A DNA stretch of 39,896 nt. It comes from an uncultured archaeon (GTDB lineage Archaea; Nanobdellota; Nanobdellia; Woesearchaeales; CAIVOO01). The notes under the pieces are model-generated. The model had not been told where the DNA came from, did not search any database, and saw only the letters and a program-made list of their open reading frames with translations. Shown piece after piece: positions 18,990-28,183 of this stretch (its first letter is position 1; every line of letters begins with the position of its first letter). The DNA lies in contig CAIMOB010000041.1 in NCBI GenBank assembly GCA_903842985.1, forward strand, positions 1-39,896, read 5' to 3'. The position numbers and the translations under genes are program-made.

Positions 18990-21427
18990 CCGAAGTAATT
19001 AGGGCTTTCGTCCTTCATTTCCTTGCCTTTTGCAGCGCTGAAGAACTGCCTGACATTCTCATACGCTTCCTTGACATCCTTTGTCACAGACGGCCTGATT
19101 CTCTGCAGTGCTAAATCAAAGTTCTTTTTTGTAACTTCCTTTGATTTCATGTTTTCTCTCAGCGCAGTCATTGCAGCTTCTCTGCAGATTGCCTCTATGT
19201 CTGCACCTACATAACCCTCTGTCTTTTTGGCAAGATCTAATAAACAGATATCCCTCTGGTTTGTAACTTTTATTTCTTCTTCATTTTTTATTTTCTTATT
19301 TTGAATATCTCTTTCAGATGTTGGTTCGTCGCCTGCCATTTTGCTTGCGATGTTTGATTTCTTATCTCTCCTTTTTTGGCTTTCTGCTAAATCATCAATA
19401 TCCCAGGAGGCATAATTAATTGGCATGTCCTTTGAATGCACCTTGAAGATTTCAAGCCTCGCCTTTTCATCAGGCACCTGCGCCAGGATTATCCTGTCAA
19501 ACCTTCCAGGCCTTAGCAAGCCAGTGTCAATCATGTCAGGCCTGTTTGTGGCTGCTATGACAACAACGTCATGCATCTCCTTCAGCCCGTCCATTTCAGT
19601 CAGAAGCTGGTTGACAACCCTTTCTGTAACATGGCTGTCTGCTGAAAGCCCTCTTCTTGGCGCAATGGAGTCTATTTCATCAAAGAAAACAATTGTTGGG
19701 GATGTCTGCCTTGCCTTAATGAATATCTTCCTTATTGCCTTTTCTGACTCGCCGACCCATTTTGAAAGAAGCTCTGGCCCGTTGACAGAAATGAAATTCG
19801 CCTCTGATTCTGTTGCAACTGCCTTTGCCAGCAATGTCTTTCCTGTACCCGGCGCGCCGTAAATCAAAATGCCTTTTGGAGGCCTTACCCCAAGTCTTGT
19901 GAATACCTCTGGATTCTTGAGAGGCCACTCAACAGCTTCTTTTAATTCCTGCTTAACCTCATTCATTCCGCCAATTTCGTCCCATTTCACAGTCGGAATC
20001 TCCATCAGGACTTCCCTTAATGCGCTCGGCCTTACAACCTTGAGCGCGTTTAAGAAATCCTTCTGGTTAATTATAAGCTTTTCAAGCACTTCCTTTGGAA
20101 TAGATGACTTCTCTTCCTTAAGATTCACATCAGGAAGCACTCTCCTGAGAACAATCATTGCAGCTTCCTTTGCCAAGGCAGCCATGTCTGCGCCGACAAA
20201 CCCGTGCGTGATTGCGGCAAGCTCTTTCATGTTGACTGTCTTGTCAAGCGGCATGTTTCTTGTGTGGATTTTAAGAATATCCAGCCTGCCTTCCTTGTTA
20301 GGAACATTTATTTCAATCTCCCTGTCAAATCTTCCGGGCCTTCTCAATGCTGGATCAAGCGAGTTTGGTATGTTTGATGCTGCTATGACAACAACCTTCC
20401 CCCTTGACTGCAGCCCGTCCATCAGTGCAAGCAGCTGGGCAACAACTCTTTTCTCAACTTCGCCATGCGTCTCTTCCCTTTTTGATGCAATTGCATCTAT
20501 CTCATCGATGAATACAATTGACGGAGCGCTCTTTTCAGCATCCTCAAATTTCTTCCTGAGGTTTTCCTCTGACTGCCCATAGTATTTTGACATTATTTCA
20601 GGGCCGTTAATCAGAATGAAGTTCGCATTTGTCTCATTTGCAACTGCTTTTGCAAGCAGTGTCTTACCTGTTCCTGGCGGTCCGTGCAGCAGAACTCCTT
20701 TTGGCGGCTCTATGCCAAGCCTTTCAAATATTTCAGGATGCTTCAGCGGTAGTTCAACCATTTCCCTTATCTTCTTTATCTCCTCTGACAGTCCGCCGAT
20801 GTCCTCGTAGGCAACTTCAGGAAGCTTTTCCTCCTCCTTAAGTTCAACTGCCTCTGGATTAAGCACAATTTCTGTCTGCTCTGTTATTAGCACAGCCTCC
20901 TTAGGGCTTGTCTCGACAACAACAAACTTTATGTCAGAGAAGCCGAATCCCATCATGCTCTCGTCAAGCATTGAGAATATGTCAGAGAAAAAAGGGCTTT
21001 CCATCATTGCTGTCTTTCTCCCCCTTGTTCCGCCGAGCGATATTACATCTCCTTTTCTGACTGCCCTGCCAAGAAGCCCGCGCCTGAACAAATCAGGAGG
21101 CGCCCTTACCATTATGCCTTTTCTTGCAGGCGCAATCGCAATTTTTTTTGCTTCTTTGACATCAGATTTTGTTATAGTGACCAACTCGCCAATTCCTGTC
21201 TTGGCATTCCTTCTTATGATTCCGTCCATCCTTATGATGTTAAGGCCGATGTCTCCTGGATAGCTTCGGTCTACAATTGCGACTGTTTTTCTTTCGCCTT
21301 CAATCTCAACAATATCACCTGGCCGTATGTCAGAGCTTTTCAGAAATGCAGAATCAACCCTTACAATGCCTTTGTTAACATCATCCTGAACAGCCTCTGC
21401 AACTTTTAGCTTTAGTTCTTTTGCCAT
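18986..21427 (-). CDS. cdc48: CDC48/VCP (VAT) family AAA ATPase
   Basis: N-domain plus two AAA modules ([27 protein letters not shown]); C-terminal YFG; ~50-aa insert in D2. Confidence 0.95.
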   Translation of the reverse strand: MAKELKLKVAEAVQDDVNKGIVRVDSAFLKSSDIRPGDIVEIEGERKTVAIVDRSYPGDIGLNIIRMDGIIRRNAKTGIGELVTITKSDVKEAKKIAIAPARKGIMVRAPPDLFRRGLLGRAVRKGDVISLGGTRGRKTAMMESPFFSDIFSMLDESMMGFGFSDIKFVVVETSPKEAVLITEQTEIVLNPEAVELKEEEKLPEVAYEDIGGLSEEIKKIREMVELPLKHPEIFERLGIEPPKGVLLHGPPGTGKTLLAKAVANETNANFILINGPEIMSKYYGQSEENLRKKFEDAEKSAPSIVFIDEIDAIASKREETHGEVEKRVVAQLLALMDGLQSRGKVVVIAASNIPNSLDPALRRPGRFDREIEINVPNKEGRLDILKIHTRNMPLDKTVNMKELAAITHGFVGADMAALAKEAAMIVLRRVLPDVNLKEEKSSIPKEVLEKLIINQKDFLNALKVVRPSALREVLMEIPTVKWDEIGGMNEVKQELKEAVEWPLKNPEVFTRLGVRPPKGILIYGAPGTGKTLLAKAVATESEANFISVNGPELLSKWVGESEKAIRKIFIKARQTSPTIVFFDEIDSIAPRRGLSADSHVTERVVNQLLTEMDGLKEMHDVVVIAATNRPDMIDTGLLRPGRFDRIILAQVPDEKARLEIFKVHSKDMPINYASWDIDDLAESQKRRDKKSNIASKMAGDEPTSERDIQNKKIKNEEEIKVTNQRDICLLDLAKKTEGYVGADIEAICREAAMTALRENMKSKEVTKKNFDLALQRIRPSVTKDVKEAYENVRQFFSAAKGKEMKDESPNYFG

Positions 21428-21428
21428 T

Positions 21429-21824
21429 TTATTCTACCTCTATTACTTTTCCTTTCTTGGCCTCTTTTTCATTAAAAAATAAGCTTAATTTCCCGGGCTC
21501 ATCCATGCAGAGCCTTACAATTCTGTTCATGTGCTCTATGTGCTTCTTCATCTCATTTTCCATGTCCTGCTGGAAATCTATTATCTCTCTTGGTATTGAA
21601 ACAGCCCAGCTATTTCCAACCATTCTCAGCTTAACCTGGAATTCCCTGTTCCTCAATTTCTTGAACTCCTTATACTCATTCAAGTCAAGCGGATGGTACC
21701 AGACTTCCCTGCAGCCAGGGCACTGCCAGATTCTGATTCTGAAGCCTTCGCGGAGTACCTCTCCCTTTTGTGCCTTTTTATTGCACTTCTCGCAAAATAT
21801 TGAGCTTTCTGCCAGGTCTTTCAT
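21429..21824 (-). CDS. Zn-ribbon plus AbrB/SpoVT-like DNA-binding protein
   Basis: CEKC...CPGC and [15 protein letters not shown] (AbrB/MazE signature); stop 1 nt before cdc48 ATG. Confidence 0.72.
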   Translation of the reverse strand: MKDLAESSIFCEKCNKKAQKGEVLREGFRIRIWQCPGCREVWYHPLDLNEYKEFKKLRNREFQVKLRMVGNSWAVSIPREIIDFQQDMENEMKKHIEHMNRIVRLCMDEPGKLSLFFNEKEAKKGKVIEVE

Positions 21825-21826
21825 TG

Positions 21827-21847
21827 TGTATACACTAAGTGTATACA
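21827..21847. promoter_or_regulatory. Perfect palindromic operator candidate
   Basis: TGTATACACT-A-AGTGTATACA between the TATA box (~21854-21862) and the ATG of the AbrB-like gene. Confidence 0.65.
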
Positions 21848-21877
21848 AGTTGTATTTATATTTTTCGTTTCATATCA

Positions 21878-21932
21878 TAAAAATCCGTTTTGGCGGATTT
21901 TTAGGATGCTCAGAAACGAGTATCGTTTCTGA
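21878..21932. repeat. Twin-hairpin element (two perfect 10-bp stems)
   Basis: TAAAAATCCG-TTTTGG-CGGATTTTTA and TCAGAAACGA-GTA-TCGTTTCTGA separated by GGATGC. Confidence 0.6.
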
Positions 21933-21953
21933 CATAAGAAATAATATACAAAA

Positions 21954-22367
21954 TTATTTATTCTTTACCTGAACCTTTGGCATAGGCATAGGTGGTGGAA
22001 GCCCTGCATCCCTGCTCAGCATAAGTGCCTCGATGTTGCACTTCGAAAGAATGTTGTTCAGCAGGACGGTCATTACCTCTGCTTCAAGTTTCTTGCTTTT
22101 CTTCCACTCAGCAAGAATTGATTTTATTTTCTTTTCCTCTTCGACAAAAATCACCTGGCCGGTAAATGAAATTTTTCCCAATCCCGGCTCGTAAAGAGTT
22201 GAATATTCAAATGTGAATTTCAATGCATCCTGTTTTGTCTTTCCAAGAAACAAGTCAGATTTCTCAATATCCTTGATCTGCACATTATTCTTTATTGAAA
22301 CCTTTCCCTTAAAATCAGGTTTTTTCTCGACTTCAATTTTGTTAAAGCTGAATCCCACAACAACCAT
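21954..22367 (-). CDS. Hypothetical protein, possibly SecB-like fold
   Basis: SD GGTGA before ATG 22367; beta-rich N-half, then helices ending LSRDAGLPPPMPMP, reminiscent of the SecB GFPP tail (speculative). Confidence 0.6.
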   Translation of the reverse strand: MVVVGFSFNKIEVEKKPDFKGKVSIKNNVQIKDIEKSDLFLGKTKQDALKFTFEYSTLYEPGLGKISFTGQVIFVEEEKKIKSILAEWKKSKKLEAEVMTVLLNNILSKCNIEALMLSRDAGLPPPMPMPKVQVKNK

Positions 22368-22482
22368 ATAAATCACCTAAGCTCTATGAAAAAGACCTTG
22401 TTTATAAATATATCGCTGTTTAAAACCGAAAACTATATAAATATACCAAACACAACTAAATATTAACTTTGGAGGCATTAAA

Positions 22483-22776
22483 ATGATTAAGATGAAGCGC
22501 GTGTCTGACACAATTGGCATGAAGGTTTTCACTGATGCTGGCGATTATTTCGGGGAAATCGAGGAAGCGATTCTAACAAGAACAAAAGTTTATGGATGGC
22601 GCGTTAAGTCAACAAGAAATTCTTATCTTGAGAAAGTCATTGGCTCTGCAAAAGGAGTTATTGTGCCGCAAAGCCTTGTGAAATCATTTGGCGATGTGAT
22701 GGTAATTTCCAAGACAGCTATTCCGTCGCAGATGGAAGAAAAAGAAGAAAAAAATCCTGAAGAAGAACTTTCTTAG
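22483..22776 (+). CDS. PRC-barrel domain protein (CdpB-like candidate)
   Basis: GMKVFTDAGDYFGEIEE...IVP..VKSFGDVMVI; SD GGAGG at 22471. Confidence 0.85.
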   Translation: MIKMKRVSDTIGMKVFTDAGDYFGEIEEAILTRTKVYGWRVKSTRNSYLEKVIGSAKGVIVPQSLVKSFGDVMVISKTAIPSQMEEKEEKNPEEELS

Positions 22777-23729
22777 GCTATCAGGTAAAAGGTTATCTTC
22801 TGGCCCAGCGTGTTCTCTGTATTTTTCTCCGTAAGCTTGCTGATTCTGCCCTGCATGCTTCTCAGCGAGATGTATTTGCTGTCATCCCTGGTCCTTATTT
22901 CATAGATGTTTTCCAAAAGCGCTTCTTTTCCATCAAGCATCAGGCACAAATCCCCTGCCAATTTTGGATTTTCTGAAGATTTGACCAGCTCATTTATTAT
23001 CTTTCCATAGCTTATTGATGGGTAAGGCACTGACTGTATCTTGAAAAGGTAGTCACCTGCCTGCACCCAGCTGTTCTCTGTCTGCTCTGGCAGATTTTCC
23101 TTGCTGAAGCCTGTCTGGTCCTTTAATTTTCCTTCAAAGTCGCTTATTATTTCAGCTGCATCCAGCTTCATCATCTTCGCCCTTACATATGTTCTTGCAT
23201 TTGCGGGGTTTATGACGCTGTAGTCAACCAAGCCGACTGCGAGTGACTTGAGATTCTCATTTTCCATTTCCTCAGGAAGCTTGAACTTTATTGTCTGCTT
23301 CACGCCCCTGTCCAGCACTTCGTCCTTCCATTCAAGAATCTTGCTGAGAATATTCTCAACAGATATGTAAGGAAGCAAATCAATTGTAATTACTCCTTCC
23401 TTTCTTGTTCCCTGATTGTATTCCTGCTCGATAATTCCAAGATAGGTTGTGAGTTTTTCATGGAGGTCGCCATAGGATGGCCTTTTTGTTGTGGGCTCGC
23501 TTGTTATGCTGAAGACTATTCCGTCCAGGTTAAGCTTCTTTGTTGTTGCTTCTTTTGGGATGTTTTCATCGCTGAAGCCTGTCTTTTCCTTCAAAGCTAC
23601 ATCAAATGGCTTTATCACTTCATTTTCCAGGAAAGATATTCCTCCTTCTCTTAGCCTGAAGTAGTTTTCTGCTGCTGCTGAATCCAATTTTTCAAATTTT
23701 TGTGGTTTTTTTACCGTTATAATCTCCAT
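22773..23729 (-). CDS. Hypothetical protein with two internal ~155-aa repeats
   Basis: LKEKTGFSDENIP / LKDQTGFSKENLP, SYG / SYG, YIS / YIS, QTIKF / QKITF; SD AGGTGA. Confidence 0.75.
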   Translation of the reverse strand: MEIITVKKPQKFEKLDSAAAENYFRLREGGISFLENEVIKPFDVALKEKTGFSDENIPKEATTKKLNLDGIVFSITSEPTTKRPSYGDLHEKLTTYLGIIEQEYNQGTRKEGVITIDLLPYISVENILSKILEWKDEVLDRGVKQTIKFKLPEEMENENLKSLAVGLVDYSVINPANARTYVRAKMMKLDAAEIISDFEGKLKDQTGFSKENLPEQTENSWVQAGDYLFKIQSVPYPSISYGKIINELVKSSENPKLAGDLCLMLDGKEALLENIYEIRTRDDSKYISLRSMQGRISKLTEKNTENTLGQKITFYLIA

Positions 23730-23774
23730 TTTTATCACCTATAAACCTAAATGCTGGAGTTTATATAATAATTA

Positions 23775-23798
23775 TTGTGGTGATAAAGTACACCACAA
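23775..23798. promoter_or_regulatory. Inverted repeat, candidate TrmB operator
   Basis: TTGTGGTG-N8-CACCACAA between two divergent TATA-like boxes. Confidence 0.5.
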
Positions 23799-23830
23799 AA
23801 TATATATAGAAGCTTTACCTTTTTTATATT

Positions 23831-24550
23831 ATGAATATCAAATTTTTAGAAGAAATCGGGCTGACGAACACAGAAGCGAAGATTTATCTGATACTTCTAA
23901 AGGAAGGGGCTTCTTTAGCTGGTACAATCACAAGGAATACAGGCATTCACAGAAGAAGCGTCTATGATGCAATTGAAAGGCTTGTTGAGAAAGGTCTTGT
24001 GAGCTACATCAAAACCAACAACAGGAAATATTTTGAGGCAGTTGACCCTTCAAGGCTGCTTGAGATTGCTGAGGAGAAGAAGCAGAATGTTTTTTCCTTG
24101 ATTCCTGAGCTTGAACTGATGAAGAAATTCTCAAAGGAGAAGAAAGAAACTGTGTTTTTTAGGGGAAAGCCTGCATTGAAATCTGTTTTTGACGACCAGA
24201 TAAAAGTCGGCAAGGAAATACTTATTTTTGGCGATGCAATAAATGTTAATGAGATACTGAAATACTATTTCCCAAAGTTTGACAGGGAAAGGGCAAGGAA
24301 AAATATAAAAGTGAAGATGCTTTTTGACGAATCTGCGCGGAAAAACAAAGAATTGAGGAAGATTCCGCTTTCGAGCGTCAGATTCATACCAAAGGGCTAC
24401 GGAAGCCCGATGTCAATTTACATTTACGGGGCGAATGTGTCTATTGTTTTATGGTCAGAGCTTCCAATCGCAATCTTAATAAGGGAGAAGGCGATTGCTG
24501 ACGGCTTCAGGAATTACTTCGAGTTCATGTGGAAAATAGCACGGCAGTGA
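23831..24550 (+). CDS. TrmB-family transcriptional regulator
   Basis: IGLTNTEAKIYLILL...TGIHRRSVYDAIERLVEKGLV wHTH; PLD-like C-domain ending FRNYFEFMW. Confidence 0.88.
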   Translation: MNIKFLEEIGLTNTEAKIYLILLKEGASLAGTITRNTGIHRRSVYDAIERLVEKGLVSYIKTNNRKYFEAVDPSRLLEIAEEKKQNVFSLIPELELMKKFSKEKKETVFFRGKPALKSVFDDQIKVGKEILIFGDAINVNEILKYYFPKFDRERARKNIKVKMLFDESARKNKELRKIPLSSVRFIPKGYGSPMSIYIYGANVSIVLWSELPIAILIREKAIADGFRNYFEFMWKIARQ

Positions 24551-24611
24551 TCTAGTGGTATGATTTGACCTTCCCAAGGTCAATGTGCGGGTTCGATTCC
24601 CGCCTGCCGTA
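24541..24611 (+). tRNA. tRNA-Gly(CCC), A1-U72, overlapping the trmB stop
   Basis: ACGGCAG/CTGCCGT acceptor, TGACC-TTCCCAA-GGTCA anticodon arm, GCGGG-TTCGATT-CCCGC T arm. Confidence 0.9.
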
Positions 24612-25913
24612 TTAAACTAAATCTTTTAACTCTTCTTTGTAAATAGAATTCACTTTCCTCTCAATCCTCTTCGGCATGATTGAAGGATAAATCCTGAAGA
24701 ACTTCTTTCTTAATTCATCTTCTCTTTCTTTTGCTTCGTCGAAGAACTTCTTCCTGAACTTGTCAATCAGATACCCTCTTGCGCCTTCTTTGTATGCAAG
24801 ATAGAACTCAAGCAGCTGCTCGTCCCTTACATCCTTGCTTCGGTCGTATGAATCTGTTTTCTTTCCGCCGAATAGGCAGTAGAGTTTCTGGTGCTTCTTT
24901 TCAAGGAAACTGCTTCTCAGGCCCACATCCTTTGGATTTGCACCAAACGCCCTCATCAAAATTGCTGTGTCGCTGCAGCTGTTGCATGCATGGCACCATC
25001 TTTTTTCCCTTGTGCCGTCCAATTCACCGCAGCTTGTCTGGAATTTTCCAAGTTTCTTGTATCTTGTGTGCAGGATTTTTGTGATGGCTATGTCAGTGAG
25101 CGGCTCAATTGCAGAAAAAACATTTCCGCCGGTGATTTTGTTAATCATTTTATTCTGCTTCTTCATCCAGATGGTTGTCTGGTCAAATGATGGGAATGTT
25201 TTAATCCCTTCTTTTGTTTTGAATGTGAAATTCATGTCCTGCTGGTTGCCTGGCACAACATACCTGCATTTGTAATTGCTCATTAAAGGTATCGAGATGA
25301 AGCAGAAGCTTGTTAGCATGTGAGAGTAGCCAAGACAGCTTTCTTCCTTGTTCCAGGTCTCAAAGTCATTCAATTTTTCAAGCTCATTTGTAACAACTTT
25401 TGTGCCAAGCTTCTTCGCATATCTTAATTTTGTCCTGTTCTCGCCAGGCGAGACAGTGTCATTTATGTAGACAGGAACGGTCTTCAAGCCAATCTCCCTG
25501 CATACTCCCAGCGTCAGCAGCGAGTCCTTGCCAAATGAAATTGGAATTACTGCGCCCTCTCCTAAGTTATATCTGTGTTCTGGATTTTTTATTTTGCCTG
25601 AAGCAAACTCGTATTTTATAGAATTGAATATCTTAATTGTTTTTTTCGCAGAAACATTATAGTCATCAACAGCAGAGGGAATTGATTTTCTTACAACTTC
25701 CTTGAACTCATTGTAGAACAAGGGCTTTGAAGTATTGTATTTTACTTTCTTTAACCCTGCAACCAAAGGCATTGTTACTGTAAGCAGATGCGCCAGATTG
25801 TCTGTCAGGAATTCCTTGTCAGGGAAGCGCTGCCAAACATCTTTTGGATAAGAAAGCCTGTATTTGCCGTTGACAGCCAATCCATTTATTTCATTATTGA
25901 AATTTAAATTCAT
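24612..25913 (-). CDS. PP-loop-type ATP-dependent enzyme with Cys4 cluster (MurL/QueC-like)
   Basis: SFGKDSLL, TSCG...RWCHACNSC; ~430 aa. Confidence 0.55.
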   Translation of the reverse strand: MNLNFNNEINGLAVNGKYRLSYPKDVWQRFPDKEFLTDNLAHLLTVTMPLVAGLKKVKYNTSKPLFYNEFKEVVRKSIPSAVDDYNVSAKKTIKIFNSIKYEFASGKIKNPEHRYNLGEGAVIPISFGKDSLLTLGVCREIGLKTVPVYINDTVSPGENRTKLRYAKKLGTKVVTNELEKLNDFETWNKEESCLGYSHMLTSFCFISIPLMSNYKCRYVVPGNQQDMNFTFKTKEGIKTFPSFDQTTIWMKKQNKMINKITGGNVFSAIEPLTDIAITKILHTRYKKLGKFQTSCGELDGTREKRWCHACNSCSDTAILMRAFGANPKDVGLRSSFLEKKHQKLYCLFGGKKTDSYDRSKDVRDEQLLEFYLAYKEGARGYLIDKFRKKFFDEAKEREDELRKKFFRIYPSIMPKRIERKVNSIYKEELKDLV

Positions 25914-26005
25914 TCCCAAATATAAATTATATTTGTTTATAAACCTTCACTTCCACTGGACATCCCTTCACAGGGTTTAAATATCTGTAGGGATTATGCC
26001 TTACA

Positions 26006-28183
26006 ATGATTAAGAATTTTACCCCAAGGCTGTATCAGGAAACTATTTTAGCAACTGCAGTTGAAAAAAACACACTAGTTGTGCTTCCGACAGGCATGGG
26101 CAAGACAAATATCTTCCTTATGCTTGCTGCGCACCGCCTAAAAAACTACCCTGATTCAAAAATACTCTTCATCGGACCGACAAGGCCGCTGATTGACCAG
26201 TACTACAATGTTTTCAGGGAAAATTTTGACATTCCGGAAGAGCAGATGGCAATCTTCACCGGCTTTGTGAAGCCGGAAAAGAGGCACGAGCTTTGGAAAA
26301 GCGCAAAAATAATTTTCTCGACTCCGCAGGGCCTGGAGAATGATGTCATTTCAAGCAGGATTGCGCTGGAAGATGTAAGCCTATTGGGAATAGACGAGGC
26401 GCATCGCGCAACAGGCGACTATTCATATAATTTCATAGCAAAGCAGTACAGCAAATTAGCAAGATACCCGAGGATTATTGCACTGACAGCTTCGCCTGGC
26501 TCTGATATTGAAAAGATAAATGAAGTCTGCAAGAATCTTTACATTGAGGCAGTTGAAATAAGGACTTATGACGACCCTGATGTGAAGCAGTATGTGCAGA
26601 AGATTGACATGGAATGGAATGAAGTCCAGCTTCCAGCACAGTTCAAGGAGATAAAATACTATCTTGATTCCTGTTTCAGGTCAAAATTAATTGAGATGAA
26701 GAATATTGGCTACCTGAATTCAACTCAGGTTTCAAAAAAGGATTTGCTTTTGCTTCAGGGCCAGCTTCAGGCGAGGATTGGCCAGGGCGAGAAAGAGCCG
26801 AATATCTGGAGAGCTGTTTCGCTTGGTGCAGAAGCATTAAAGATTTACCACGCATCTGAATTACTGGAGACGCAGAGCCCCCAATCTCTGCTTAACTATC
26901 TTGAAAAGCTGAATGAGTCGGCAGCAAACACAAAAACAAAGGCTGTGCAGAACCTTGTGCAGGACATTAATTTCAGGTCAGCGCTGCTGAGAACAAAAAA
27001 ACTTGTTGAATTGGGCATAGAGCATCCGAAGCTGATTGAATTAAAAAATGTAATCAGCAAAAACAAGGGAAAGAAGGTTCTGGTTTTCAACAATTTCAGG
27101 GACAATGCTGCAAAGCTTGTTTCTGAGATAAATAAATTAGGGGTTAAGGCAGAACTTTTCATCGGGCAGCAGAAAAGGAATGGCTCAGGCATGAGCCAGA
27201 AGGAGCAGAAGGAAGTTGTTGACAAGTTCAGGAATAATGAGTTTGATATTCTTGTCTGCACATCAATTGGAGAGGAAGGATTGGACATTCCAAAGGTTGA
27301 CTTGGTTATTTTCTACGAGCCTATTCCGTCGGCAATAAGGCACATCCAAAGAAGGGGAAGGACAGGAAGAAGCGGGAAGGGAAGCGTTATTGTTCTTGTC
27401 ACAAAAGGCACAAGAGATGAGTATTACAGATGGTCAGCATATCACAAAGAGAAAAGAATGCATCGCATTCTGAATGAGTTGAAGACGAAGCTTCAACTGA
27501 CAAAAAGAAAAGACACTTCGCTTGAGAAATACACTGCATCTGGAATAAAGATTTTTGCTGATTACAGGGAAAAAGGATCTGGAATCATAAAAGAACTTGT
27601 TGATTTAGGTGTTAATATTGATTTGCGGAAGCTTGAAACAGCCGATTATGTCTTGAGCTCAAGAGTCGGCGTTGAATACAAGACGCAGAAGGATTTTGTT
27701 GATTCAATAATCGACGGCAGGCTGCTTTCGCAGTTGAAGACACTGAAGCAGAGCTTTGACAGGCCTTTGGTTGTTGTCGAAGGCGACGAAGATATTTTCT
27801 CGCAGAGAAATATTCACACAAACGCAATAAGAGGCATGATTGCGACAATTGCAGTGAGCTATGGGATTCCGCTGATATTCACAAAGAACTTCAAGGAAAC
27901 ATCTGCGCTGCTTGCTGTAATCGCGAAGAGGGAGCAGGAGGATGTGCAGAGAGAAGTCCAGTTTCACACAAAGAAGCCACTGACAATGAAGGAAATCCAA
28001 GAATATGTTGTAAGCGCATTTCCTTCTGTTGGAACATCACTTGCAAGGGATTTGCTGAAGAGCTTCGGCTCTGTGAAGAATATTGTAAACGCGTCTGAGA
28101 AGACGCTGAAGGATGTTGAAGGTGTTGGCGAAAAGATTGCAAAGAACATAAAGGATGCTGTTGATTCTGAATATAAGGACTAA
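26006..28183 (+). CDS. hef: Hef/FANCM-like helicase-ERCC4 nuclease
   Basis: LPTGMGKT, DEAH, TASPG, QRRGRTGR, ERCC4 ADY...VEYKT..DF..SIIDGRL, HhH VEGVGEK. Confidence 0.93.
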   Translation: MIKNFTPRLYQETILATAVEKNTLVVLPTGMGKTNIFLMLAAHRLKNYPDSKILFIGPTRPLIDQYYNVFRENFDIPEEQMAIFTGFVKPEKRHELWKSAKIIFSTPQGLENDVISSRIALEDVSLLGIDEAHRATGDYSYNFIAKQYSKLARYPRIIALTASPGSDIEKINEVCKNLYIEAVEIRTYDDPDVKQYVQKIDMEWNEVQLPAQFKEIKYYLDSCFRSKLIEMKNIGYLNSTQVSKKDLLLLQGQLQARIGQGEKEPNIWRAVSLGAEALKIYHASELLETQSPQSLLNYLEKLNESAANTKTKAVQNLVQDINFRSALLRTKKLVELGIEHPKLIELKNVISKNKGKKVLVFNNFRDNAAKLVSEINKLGVKAELFIGQQKRNGSGMSQKEQKEVVDKFRNNEFDILVCTSIGEEGLDIPKVDLVIFYEPIPSAIRHIQRRGRTGRSGKGSVIVLVTKGTRDEYYRWSAYHKEKRMHRILNELKTKLQLTKRKDTSLEKYTASGIKIFADYREKGSGIIKELVDLGVNIDLRKLETADYVLSSRVGVEYKTQKDFVDSIIDGRLLSQLKTLKQSFDRPLVVVEGDEDIFSQRNIHTNAIRGMIATIAVSYGIPLIFTKNFKETSALLAVIAKREQEDVQREVQFHTKKPLTMKEIQEYVVSAFPSVGTSLARDLLKSFGSVKNIVNASEKTLKDVEGVGEKIAKNIKDAVDSEYKD

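Noticed and set aside
19250..19417. Mini-intein or intron in cdc48
   Set aside because: No C/S...HN-C/S/T junctions and no evident BHB; not at the usual Walker A intein site
22773..25913. Integrated element at tRNA-Gly
   Set aside because: No integrase and no duplicated tRNA end (att site) noticed in the window
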